From assembly GCF_001194135.2 (NCBI RefSeq), contig NC_068982.1, forward strand, positions 61,701,494 through 61,751,242: a stretch of DNA of 49,749 nt, read 5' to 3'. The notes below the pieces were generated by a model. The model made no database searches. It was not told where the DNA came from and saw nothing but the letters and a program-made list of their open reading frames with translations. This DNA is from Octopus bimaculoides (lineage: Eukaryota). This document shows, in pieces, positions 1-10,639 of the stretch. Numbering within the stretch: position 1 is the stretch's first letter; each line of letters begins with the position of its first letter. A program made the position numbers and the translations under genes.

Positions 1-332
1 GCCGTTGCCAGTACCGCCTGACTGGCCTTCATAGGATTTTCGAGCGAGATCGTTGCCAGTGCCCCTGGACTGGCTCTTGTGCGGGTGGCACATAAAAGAC
101 ACCATTTTGAGCGTGGCCATTGCCAGTACCACCTGACTGGCCCTCGTGCAGGTGACACGTAAAAGCAACCACTACACTCTCGGAGTGGTTGGCGTTAGGA
201 AGGGCATCCAGCTGTAGAAACTCTGCCAAATTAGATTGGAGCCTGGTGTTGCCATCCGGTTTCACCAGTCCTCAGTCAAATCGTCCAACCCATGCTAGCA
301 TGGAAAGCGGACGTTAAACGATGATGATGATG
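1..332 (+). mobile_element. RTE-clade LINE 3' UTR/terminus with tandem units and (ATG)n tail
   Basis: Near-identical to the reverse complement of 21363-21600, which is contiguous with an RTE ORF2 C-terminus; ends CCCATGCTAGCATGGAAAGCGGACGTTAAACGATGATGATG. Confidence 0.85.
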
Positions 333-499
333 TTACTGCTGGAACAATTTTTGACCATGAATCTGCTCTAACAGGTCAGATCTGATTTGGAGTTAAACAA
401 ACTACACAATATCTGAAATAAGTGTGATGGTTATGGCTTGAATGATTTTAATTATGTCTGCTTGATCTGGTTTGACCTTGGGTTAAAGAAAACAATCAC

Positions 500-720
500 A
501 ACTAATCAGCTAACCAACTAGCCAACCAGCTAACCAACCAGCCAGTTGGCCAACCAACAAACCAGCCAGCCAACCGGCCAGCCAGCCAGCCAGCCAGCCA
601 GCCAACCAGCCAACCAACATTAAACAACAAAAAAGCATATCAAACAAGAAAATGTGTATCAATCACCAACCAACCAACCATCCAGGCAACCAACCATCCA
701 GCCATCCTACCATTGGAGCA
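500..720. repeat. Compound tetranucleotide microsatellite (CAAC/CAGC/CATC)n
   Basis: Directly visible runs of ccaa, ccag and ccat units. Confidence 0.85.
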
Positions 721-1689
721 TCCAATGCCCAGCTTAATCAATATATGATGTATATTGAAGATTATAATGTCAACTCTTTAACAAATGTTCTATGATGGCA
801 ATCTATCTTAGTGTTCAGATGATAATTGAGTGAAAGACAATGTAATTAATATAAGCTTTGTCTTTTTTTTTTTTTTGATGTTTTAAGGAGGTAATAGAAA
901 GAAAGGAAGACAGAAATCAAAGGAGAAATGAATGAAAAAATGAAATGGAGGGGAGGAATGGAAAGAAAAATAACTCTTTGATAAGATTCCTAAGCAAATC
1001 AAAACAAACAAGAGATAAGAAAAGAAATTTTCACATAGAATCCCATAATAAAACAAAATCTCATAACAGAGGAGGGAAAAACTGAAATGACCTGGTCTGT
1101 TTTGATTTCAGACAGTTGTATGAACTGTCAGGTTGACAGTAGACAAACAATAAACCCTACCATGCAATTAAAAATAAAAAGATAATGAAAAAATGACAAA
1201 AAAGAAAAAAAAAACAGAAATAAATAAACAACAGCAAGAAAATTGTCCTGTCAGTTTAATTAGAAAACATGGAATGTCTAACAACGCAATGAAGAGGTAA
1301 CTTACATACAGGCAGGTAGACTAGAACAAATGAGTTTCAGTAGTTTTTCTGTACACTCCCGCTCCTCCTCCCCACCATGACAGACCACCACTGCCACCAC
1401 CACTATCATCACGTCAGTCACCATTGTATGCTTTACCTCCATCTCACTCTGCTATTTTCAACCCTTTCATGCTTATTCTCTATCAACATCTCTGCCATAA
1501 ACTGTTGTTTACATATGTTTAGGAGGGCTTCAAATCCAAGTTTTGAGTAAGATTGGCTGTCTGGCCAGTATGCTTTAGACAGACAAAACTGCCTGAACTA
1601 GTTTCAGTTATCACTTCCAAGACATCCTCAATAGAGGGGACAATTTTGCTCCAATGTCCCTCCTTATTTTGATACTAAGTAATTAGATT

Positions 1690-2700
1690 TATTTTCTGAG
1701 TTCAGATACTGCTGAGGGTGACTTTGCCTTTCATCCTTTGGGGGTTGATAAATTAAGTACTAGTGAAACATTGGGGTCGATGTAATAGACTAGACCCTCC
1801 CCACAAAATTTTAGGGCTTGTGCCGTTAGTAGAAAAGATTACCACAAGCTGGCAGAATTGTTAGTGTGTCAGGCAAAATGCTTAGTAGCAATTTATCCAT
1901 TTTAATGTTCTGAGTTCAAATTCTGCTGAGGCCCACTTTGCTTTTCATCCTTTTGGGGTTGATAAAATAAGTACTAGTTAATGACTGAGGTCGATGTAAT
2001 TGACTAAACCCCTCCCCCAAAATTGCTGGCCTTGTGCAAAAATTTGACAATATAATTATCATTGTTATTATCATTATTATCATGGCGGCAAGCTGGTTGA
2101 GTTGTCAGCACACCAGGCGAAACGCTTAGCATATTTCATCTGTTGTCACGTTTTGAGTTCAAATTCTGCTGAGGTTGACAAGTATCACTAAATGAGTACT
2201 GGGGTTGATGTAATCAGCTATACCCCTTCCTCATTATTATTCTGCTCAGGTCAACTTTGCCTTTCATCCTTTCGGAGTTGATAAATTTAGTACCAGAGAA
2301 ACTCTGGGGTCGATGTAATCAACTAGTCCCCCTCCCCACAAATTTCAGGCTTCATGCCTTTAGTAGACAGGATTATTATTATTATCATCATTATTATTAT
2401 TATCATTATTGTTATTATCATTATCATTATTAATAATAATAATCTTATATTATTATTATTATTATTGGCAGTGAGCTGGCGGAGTTATCAGCACACAGAG
2501 TAAAATGCTTAGTGACATTTCATCTGTCTTTATGTTCTAAGTTCAAATTTTACTGGGGTCAACTTTGTATTTCGTCCTTTTGGGGGTTGATAAATTACTG
2601 GTTGAGCACTGGGGTTGATGCAATCAACTATCTCCCTCCCCTGAATTTCGTGGCCTTGTGCCAAAATTTGAAATCACCATCATTATTATTATCGTCACCA
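1690..2700 (+). mobile_element. Head-to-tail cluster of five copies of tRNA-headed SINE family B (Meta/MESC-like central domain), mostly separated by (ATT)n tails
   Basis: Repeated GCTGGCAGAA head (where retained), B box GAGTTCAAATT, central CTTTGCCTTTCATCCTTTNGGGGTYGATAAATTAAGTAC and CTGGGGTCGATGTAAT; copies start near 1690, 1845, 2083, 2240 and 2467. Confidence 0.85.
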
Positions 2701-2839
2701 TACTGTCAAGTTATGGCAACTTGGAGCTCTGTAAGTTTTGAGAGTCTTTTCAATTGTTTTGGCCTGTTAAAGCGGTCCCTATTCAGTGATTCATTCTGTG
2801 ATAATAACCTTATTGTTAATGTTCTCTGGATTGCAGCTG

Positions 2840-3153
2840 GTGCTCTGGCAACGATCACGCTCGGATGGTACTCTTAGTGATCTACTGGTACAGGTGCCAT
2901 CACGATTTCGAGTTTAGCGTTCAATGAAGAGATGTTGGCATGGGTGCCAGTCTACAAATTTAGTTCGATTTCGATTTCACTTGCCTCAACAGGTCTTCGC
3001 AAGCAGAGTTTAGTGTCCAATGAAGGAATGTTACGTGTAAGTGGACTGGCTACATCCCTGGCAGAGGCCTTGGATTTTGGTCTCACTTGGCTTGCCGGGT
3101 CTTCTCACGCACAGCATATTTCCAAAGGTCTCAGTCAGAAGTCATTGCCTCAG
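2840..3153 (-). mobile_element. RTE LINE fragment spanning the ORF2 end and 3' UTR
   Basis: Shares GATTTCACTTGCCTCAACAG and GGTCTCACTTGGCTTGCCGGGTCTTCTCA..CACAGCATATTTCCAAAG with 21870-22030. Confidence 0.8.
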
Positions 3154-4029
3154 GCAAAAATAGCAGAAGCAGCAACAACAGCAAGACAGAGAATAGAATA
3201 ACAACAGCATCAAGACTAAAGTCATCAACAATAAAATTGACTATAGCAGTAATAACAAAAACTGTCTGAAAACCACCACCAAAAACAACAACAGCAGCAG
3301 CAGCAACAATAGTAAAGACAACAACAGCTCTTGATCTTTTTTGAGGGTAGCTAGCCAGTGGGTTGTGCATTCCCTTTGAAGATCTGAACAGAAAGGCTCT
3401 CTAGTATAAATATGTTATTGTCAAACCAGGAGTAATGTCTCTTTGTTAGGAGGAAAAAACTAACTGAGAAATACAATCATTTGTGTATAAGTGCATCGAA
3501 GAAAAGGATGCAAGACTTAAATTGCCTGGCAGAAACAGAAATGTTCCTGGATTATGTGTGGCCCACAGTTCTACACATATATAAAAGAAGACAATATGGG
3601 AAGGTGGCTGCCATATGTATCAGCAAACAAGAAACTCAAAGGGTGGTGACAATAACATGCACCTCCCAGATGTTTTTTTTATATGGGTAGGAAGTTGACT
3701 TGAATTTGAGTCAACAACATGCTAGCTCATAGTGATCTGGCAAGAGTTTTAACCATACTGGAGTGCCTCTTCTTTTTACACTAGCTCTCAAGCCATTGCT
3801 GTGGAAGTTGGAACAGTTGAGGGGCACCCTTTTGAAGTGGGACTCAGTTGAGCAAAGATGGTATATATGGACAGTATCGCCATCATGGTGTCAGTTTCTC
3901 CAAAGTGGAGATGGTTAACACCATTCTAAAAGTTGGTGGCAGGAGCCAAAATCAGTCCCGACAGGTTGTTAAGCTTGCAAATGGGTATCTGTTTGCTTTT
4001 AAGCTCCCCTCTCTCTTTTCAGCACCCTG

Positions 4030-4975
4030 TATTTTTGTTCTCTTTTAAGCTCCCCTTTCTCTTTTCAGTCTAACAGAAATTTCCTTCGAGAGCATATCTA
4101 ACCCTGTCTGTATTCTTTTCCACCATGGATCTTTTCTTTTGTCACTCCCATTATATTTCTTTTCCTTGATATCAACACCCACGTTTTCTGCTACAACAAT
4201 ACTTGCTGCCTTGATCAAATTATTTGTTTCTGTGATGTTGCTTGTTCTGATGTATTTCAGAATTTCATTGACATTTTTTGTTTCTTGGCTCAATTTCCAC
4301 CTATCAACCTTTTTAAGGTTGCAAATAATGTCACTATCGTTCTCCTGTAGTCTTACCTTTATTCTGTCATAGATTGCCTTTTGTTAATCTGTCATGTCGC
4401 CATTAGTTTTATTGTCTTCTTTTAGATCATCTATATGTCTCTCATCAAATAAACTACCACTGCTCCTTTCCTGTGCTATGAGATTACTTCTATTAGTAAG
4501 AACTGCATTTTCATCATTATCTCTGCTGCTATTTTCCAAGACCCATCTTTTGATAGCTTCAAGCTCTACTTCTGTGAACCAACAATTTTTTTCTTATTGC
4601 TCTAGCTTGATCACATAGTCTCTGTTCCATGAGTTGAAACAAGCTCTTTTCCCTCCAATGATCATACATGCATTGTCAGTAACCCCTAATTTGAGCACCA
4701 TTTTCATCTACCAGGTTACTCAGGTAGTAACATTCCATGACCACAGCATTAATTTGCTTGCTCCATCTATGCCCTGTGTGGTGGTCCCTTTCTGGATATC
4801 GACAGGCTGGAGCTGGACCAGAATCTTTGAGCCTGCTAGATGTAACACTGTCACCATCAATGTCTTCAGTTTCATTACCACCATTATTCGCAATATTTTG
4901 TTTTATCATTGTCACTCATATGAGGTAGTGTTTATCAGGGTGCGCAATTACCAGTGTTTTTATTATTATTATTAC
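4030..4975 (-). mobile_element. R4/Dong-clade non-LTR retrotransposon, decayed 5' part of the ORF
   Basis: Minus-strand peptides HRWSKQINAVVMECYYLSN...IRGY and DPWWKRIQTGLDMLSKEIS match the N-terminal WxxxxNxxVMECYY and PxWKRRL motifs of R4-clade ORFs; frameshifts and stops; 5' end abuts (AAT)n. Confidence 0.75.
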
Positions 4976-4981
4976 TATTAT

Positions 4982-5185
4982 TGGCCTTCATGCTAGTGGC
5001 ACGTAAAAGCACTCACTACACTCTCGGAGTGGTTGGCGTTAAGAAGGGCATCCAGCTGTAGAAACTCTGCCAAATCAGATTGGAGCCTAGTGTAGCTATC
5101 TGGTTTGCTAGTCCTCAGTCAAATTGTCCAACCCATGCTAGCATGGAAGGCGGACGTTAAACGATGATGATGATGATGATGATGA
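4982..5185 (+). mobile_element. RTE LINE 3' terminus, strongly 5'-truncated
   Basis: Same sequence as 140-332, with one tandem unit and an (ATG)n tail. Confidence 0.85.
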
Positions 5186-5308
5186 TTATGGTGAGCTAGC
5201 AGAATCATAAGCATGCTGGGCGAAATGTTTAGTGGTATTTCGTCCATCTTTATATTCTTTATGTTATTTCAGGCCTTGTGCTTTCAGTAGAAAGGATTAT
5301 TATTATTA

Positions 5309-5345
<37 letters not shown>
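5186..5345 (+). mobile_element. SINE family B, internally deleted, with (ATT)n tail
   Basis: Head GTGAGCTAGCAGAATC...GAAATGTTTAGTGGTATTTCG joined directly to TTTCAGGCCTTGTGC...AGTAGAAAGGATTATT. Confidence 0.75.
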
Positions 5346-5348
<3 letters not shown>

Positions 5349-6699
5349 ATGCTGAACAAGCAGCAGTGCTGATTGTGGGATCAGTAAGTTTTTGCAATAA
5401 TTTGCTGTTTTTTTTCACTCTCTTGTGCACTTGTTTTAGTTTTTTTTTTACCGTTGTGAGACTGACTACACCTGCTTTGTCTGAGTGGAGTTGTAATCAC
5501 ACTGCAATAGATGTTGGACATTTTGAATTTTTTCAAAGCTATGAAATCTTAATTTTTTCTGGAAGAAAGAGAAAAAAGATAGCAATTCTATAATAATGTT
5601 TGACCTAGCAAAATAAGAGAGTGAGAAAATAAAAGAGAGCATAACAAAGAAAGTGAGAGAAGGATTTTTTTTTTTTCACAAATTCTAGTGTTCGTAACAT
5701 TACAATTGAAAATGATAGCAATGTTGCTGTCATGGTGACAAAAACTCAGCCAAATAATTATAACAGCAAGCACAATAGCACCACCACCACCACCACCACC
5801 ACCACCACCACCACCACAGAGAAAAATATAAACAAAAAGATCAGAAATACCAACAAAAGTGAGGATTTCCCAAGCTTGATAGTCCTGAGGGAGATATATT
5901 ACATTAACAACACGACAACACTGCCTTTGCAACCATCACAACAAGTTGTAACTCTACTCTCTATTATCTTTTCCACCAAGATGACGATGACGATGACGAC
6001 GACCACCACCACCATCACCATCACCCGCTGTTACATTCAGTGTAGCTTCTGAAAACACCACCACCATCAGTATCATGGCTACCACATTCCCTGCAGCTTT
6101 GGAGACTCCACCAAGGACAACAACAATGGCATCAACAACAACAGATATAATGAGAACACAAAGGAATATAGTGATGAATTTTCTTAGATTCATAGCCATA
6201 AACAATACAAATCACAACAATGCTAATACAATTCATATCTCTTTCACCACCTATACCTCATTCTCTGTGACAGTCAGATCCAGCAGAAACAGTAACATTA
6301 GCAGAAAGAAGGCCAGCTCCTGCAAAGAAGCTGCCAAAAGATTGAATACTTTGTATATTTTTGGGAGGAAAATACAACAAATTGAAATGCAAGCAACAGC
6401 TTCTCCACTTTGAAAATCAAACAGCTTCTTTGTTAGTACCAAGAAACCTCTTGTGAGAAACAATCTGGAGGACAGTGGTATACTGGTGTGTGTTGGTTAA
6501 GAACTATTGAGTGGAAATAGCACCACCCCACCCGCTCATGTAGAAAAGTGCTTAAGAGGAATTTGGAGTGATATAATCTTTGTTGCTCTAACCAGACAAT
6601 GTAGTAGTGTCAAGGTTAAATTTAATTCTGAAGTATATGTATAGAAGCATTCTATTATTGTTCCATGCAGGAATGAAGATTTCAGCCTGATTCTAACTT

Positions 6700-7500
6700 A
6701 CTTGGGGCAGGTGAGTGGTGAAAATCAAAATTTTGAACATGTCATCAGAATTGGATGTCTGGAAGGTAGTGGCATGTGATATTCTAGAGAGAACTGACTC
6801 CTTCTTAGGAATTAAGAAGCATCAACAGGAAAATCGGTTGGTAAATTGGGTTGGAAATTATCATCCAAGTCAAACCAGAAAAGCTGGACAAAATTCCATA
6901 TTATATAGAATTCCCAACTGACCAAAAAGCAAATAATATGGTGGAAGAGAGAAAGATGAGGTGCTACTTATGTGGTAGTGGCAATCACTTGAAAGTTTTT
7001 TTTGTCCACAATAAAGAGAAGTGGAAAGAAGACTTACTCTCTTGCCAACACCACATCCAAAACAACATCAACAATGAGGACAGAGCCTGCAACAACAAAA
7101 AAACAACTACAGCAGCTACAGAAACAAAATAATCAACAGAAGCAACTAATCAATTTAATCAACTCTTGAAGCAGCAGCAGCAGCAGCAACAACAACAAAA
7201 TCTACCACAACTACAGATCCAGCCACAACAGCAGACATTTCCAAAACAAAAGATTGTGATACCAAACCTGCTTCAAAAGAAAACTTCACAGAAATGCTCT
7301 CGCCACCTACCACAAAAAAAATGCATACAAATGCATTCATAGTCACAGACTCATCTTTCACCTTAGCTACTACAGATCCCCCTGGACCTGTGATCTTGCC
7401 ATGTGATAAAGCTGAGGTGAGAAACCAAACCAAAGAGGTATGTGACAGAGGGAAGAGAAAGTTGGAAGCATCCAACCACTCCAAGATGAAAGCATTTCAT
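6700..7500 (+). mobile_element. Decayed LINE ORF1 (gag-like) with CCHC zinc knuckle, probably L1/Tx1 group
   Basis: CYLCGSGNHLKVF-(frameshift)-CP at about 6962-7007 fits CX2CX4HX4C; followed by a low-complexity Thr/Ala-type stretch; similar to 17691-17735. Confidence 0.55.
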
Positions 7501-7559
7501 TAGTTCATATCTCATTTAGCTGTATAGTAATCTCCTTTTTTCTTTATAATTCTTTTGTT

Positions 7560-7771
7560 AGCGTGATATAATTGTTAGCGTGAGTGACAAAATGCTTAGT
7601 GTCATTTCTTCTGACTTCATGTTCTGAGGTCTAATGCTGTTGGGTTAGCTTTGTCTTTCATTGTTTCAGGATCGATAAAACATGTATTAGCTGAGCATGT
7701 GTGTATGTGTGAATGTAATCAACTAGCCCCATTCCCTACAAAATTGCTGGCCTTGTACCAAAATTTGAAAC

Positions 7772-7807
<36 letters not shown>

Positions 7808-7810
7808 GAT
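7560..7810 (+). mobile_element. SINE family B, degenerate
   Basis: AAAATGCTTAGTGTCATTT, central domain remnant, GCTGGCCTTGTACCAAAATTTGAAACC and (ATT)n tail. Confidence 0.7.
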
Positions 7811-8002
7811 GTTCTGTTTTGAGTGTACCTACTCTGCCAAAGTTGTTATGTAACTAAAAAAAATAGAGTAAGATTTGTGCTTATAAGACTGTCATTTTTC
7901 CATTTTATTGATAATATTTAACACAAAAAATAGACTCTTTCTACCGGAGCTTACTTCTGCAATTCATATTTACCTGGCATTTCGTCAATTATTTTTTTTT
8001 TA

Positions 8003-8398
8003 CTTTGTATCACACATCACTTCCTAGCATTCCTGTAATAACAGGGAGAGTTCTTGTATCCATATCCAACATGTTCAATATTTCTATTTCCTATTCTTTA
8101 TATTTGTGGACATTTTCCAATCACATTTATGTAGAATTTATTTCATTGTGTGTTGAGCAAGACACATCAATAAGTGTACAAGAAATGAGTACCATATTTT
8201 TTTACAATGATATCAGGGTAGTTTACTTCTATCTCCTTATCAGTATGAATTTGTATATCTCAGAGAATTACAAAATTCTCATTCTTTACAGCTGTCTCTG
8301 GACTATTCTTGTGCCTTTTTCTGCTACTGGAATTTCATTTTTGTACATATTTTTCTCATTGAGGTAGATAGTCACCCTGTCATGTCTGAAGCCACTCT
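8003..8398 (-). mobile_element. R4/Dong-clade LINE restriction-like endonuclease (RLE) fragment, not in the ORF track
   Basis: Minus-strand reading across stops and frameshifts gives RHDRVTIYL...PETAVKNENFVI..DIQIHTDKEIEVNYPDIIVK...TLIDVSC...KYKE*EIEI...PVITGMLG, matching the RHD / ILWD / PDIV / IDV RLE signature. Confidence 0.75.
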
Positions 8399-8859
8399 GA
8401 CTATTATTATTATTATTTTATACATAGCATAAAATCAGGAAAATTGAATTAAAAAGCTTCACTGTGAGGGAAATAAGGTAAACACATTCTTTCTGTGTTA
8501 CTGATGTGCAGAAAAAAGAGGGACCATTTCAAAGTTTGTTGACTGCTCTTTAGAGAAGATGTATCAACCTTGCTTCCCCAATCAGATTAGGTACCATATA
8601 AAGCACTCATAAATTAGGCTAGCACTGTAGTAGATAGCCTAATTTACATATATCTGATTTTGATTTGCATATATCATTAATTAAACAATGTCTGTTTTCA
8701 GTTCTTCTGATTCATGCTGTGTTGTGCATAAAACTAATTGAAGTTAATGTCATCAAGGTAATCAATACATGGGTCATGCAAGTATTGAAATACCCTGCTC
8801 TTTCTTTTAAAGTAGATGAAAAGAGAGCTACAGGAACTAGGAAGCTTCTCACGACACTT

Positions 8860-9070
8860 TCTACTAAAGGCACAAGGCTTGAAATTTTTGGGGAGCAGAC
8901 TAGTTGATTACACCGATCCTAGTGTTTCATTGGTACTTAATTTATCAACCCCAAAAGAATGAAAAGCAAAGTTGACCTCAGCGGAATTTGAACCCAGAAT
9001 ATAGCAATGGGTGAAATACTGCTTTGTACATTTCATCCATCGTACTAACCATTCTGCCAGCTCATCGCCT
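8860..9070 (-). mobile_element. SINE family B
   Basis: Reverse complement of head GGCGATGAGCTGGCAGAATGGTTAG, B box and central domain. Confidence 0.8.
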
Positions 9071-9102
9071 TAATAATAATGATAATAATAATAATGATGA
9101 TG

Positions 9103-9140
<38 letters not shown>

Positions 9141-9320
9141 CTGGGAATGCATATAATGAACTTCTCTGCCCTAGGTGTACGGAAAACACTTGGCGAGAAA
9201 TGGAAGAAAATTTGAAGAAAGAAGAAAAAAAAACAATAATAATAATAATAATAATAATTACTACTACTATTACTACTACTACTACTACTACTACTACTAA
9301 TAATAATAATAATAATAATA
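9071..9320. repeat. (AAT)n and (ACT)n microsatellites enclosing a short unique spacer
   Basis: Direct observation. Confidence 0.9.
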
Positions 9321-9660
9321 AAAGAAATGGAGAAACTTTCAAAATACAAAGACCTGGAAATAGAGGTAACTCGAATGTGGAATCTAAAAACAGAAACAAT
9401 TCCAATCATAGTAGGCGCATTAGGTATGATAAAAAAATATTCAGACAAATACATAACAAAAACACCAGGACTTACAAATATATATAACTTACAGAAAATT
9501 GCACTAGTGGGCACTGCACACACCCTACGCAAAACACTTTCAATACAGTAACCATAAGAGCATCACAGTAAACCACAGCACATACCCAAGGCACACAGAG
9601 CTGCGCTCGGTAGTGAAATGAAAGCACGCTATAAAAATAAAACTACTGAATAATAATAAT
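9321..9660 (+). mobile_element. R4/Dong-clade LINE 3' end (RLE C-terminus, 3' UTR, (AAT)n tail)
   Basis: ORF 9327-9551 EKLSKYKDLEIEVTRMWNLKTETIPIIVGALG...LQKIALVGTAHTLRKTL* is the typical R4 C-terminus; about 100-nt UTR then (AAT)n. Confidence 0.9.
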
Positions 9661-9680
9661 AATAATAATGATAATAATAA

Positions 9681-9890
9681 TTCTTTCTACTATAGGTACA
9701 AGGCCAGAAATTTTTGTGGGAGGGATAATTCTATAACATCATCTTCAGTGCTCAGTTGGACTTATTTTATTGATCCTGAAAAGATGAAAGGCAAAGTTGA
9801 TCTTGGTGGCATTTGAACTCAGACTGTAAAGCCAGAAGAAAGCCACTATGCATTTTGTCTGGTGTGGTAATGATTTCAGTAGCTCACCTA
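9681..9890 (-). mobile_element. SINE family B
   Basis: Reverse-complement central domain GATGAAAGGCAAAGTTGA and B box TTTGAACTCAG. Confidence 0.75.
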
Positions 9891-10124
9891 ATAACAATAG
9901 CTGATATTATAGACATAAGATTATTGCAATAATTCACTGAAATTTTTTGCTGGAGATTTTGTTTTCTATGGATTCATAAAGGAAAGTTTATGAAAAACAA
10001 TAAATGAAGTTGTTATAGAACTTCCCTATACAAACCAAATGGAAAACAGACTATGACTATGTAGATGTTCTCCCATTGGCTTGTTGTACTAATTTGGGTT
10101 ATTGTTGCCTGATGTTGTTGGTGT

Positions 10125-10500
10125 TGTTGGTATTGTAATTCTTTTAACCCAGATCAGTTCTGATGTGTGGACTATAGATCTGTAGCAAAAAGTGTTTCAG
10201 CTGTGATCATCCCATGTTTTATTTAAATTAAGTGTATCTAGGACTACATTATTCAATGTCTCCTTTCGTTTCAAGAAAGTAGAGTGTAATTTGAGGTGGG
10301 ATTTCACAGTTATTTCTTGTAGTTTCAGTGACCACATAGAAGCCCTTTTCTTGGTACCATGTTGCTGTTTAGTTCTAGCTCAGCTCTGTTTCAACTCATC
10401 TTATTTTGAAACTTAGTGTATCTCGGATTATATTTCTTAAAATGATAATGTATAATTTGTATGAATTTAGCAGTTATTGCTAGCAGGTCAAGCAACTACA
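10125..10500 (+). repeat. Two copies of unclassified dispersed repeat family E (other copies near 390-500, 1540-1680, 19735-19950, 30690-30750, 31100-31240, 35860-36070, 39340-39440, 43870-44130)
   Basis: Recurrent TTTAACCCCAGGTCAG...GATCAAAGG..TTCCAGC..TGACCATCCC and GATTTG(G)C(T/A)GTTATTTCTAGCAGG motifs; no coding capacity. Confidence 0.6.
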
Positions 10501-10639
10501 TAGTGGTTGTTGTTGTTGTTGTTGCTGTGGTCGGCCTTCTTTCGGTTGCAGATTTCGTGTTAATATTGGTGGTCATGTACTAGTATTGATAATGTGAGCG
10601 ATGGTGGAGAGGTGTTATTGGTGGTGGTGAGGTGATATT

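Noticed and set aside
7966-7979. U1 snRNA 5' end-like ATATTTACCTGGCA
   Set aside because: Similarity stops after 14 nt; it is just the complement of a splice-donor-like motif, with no upstream acceptor found.
8702-8757. Possible plus-strand exon (ttttcag ... AAG|gtaatc)
   Set aside because: One open frame, but length 56 is not symmetric, the peptide is unrecognised and no partner exon is seen; expected by chance in AT-rich DNA.
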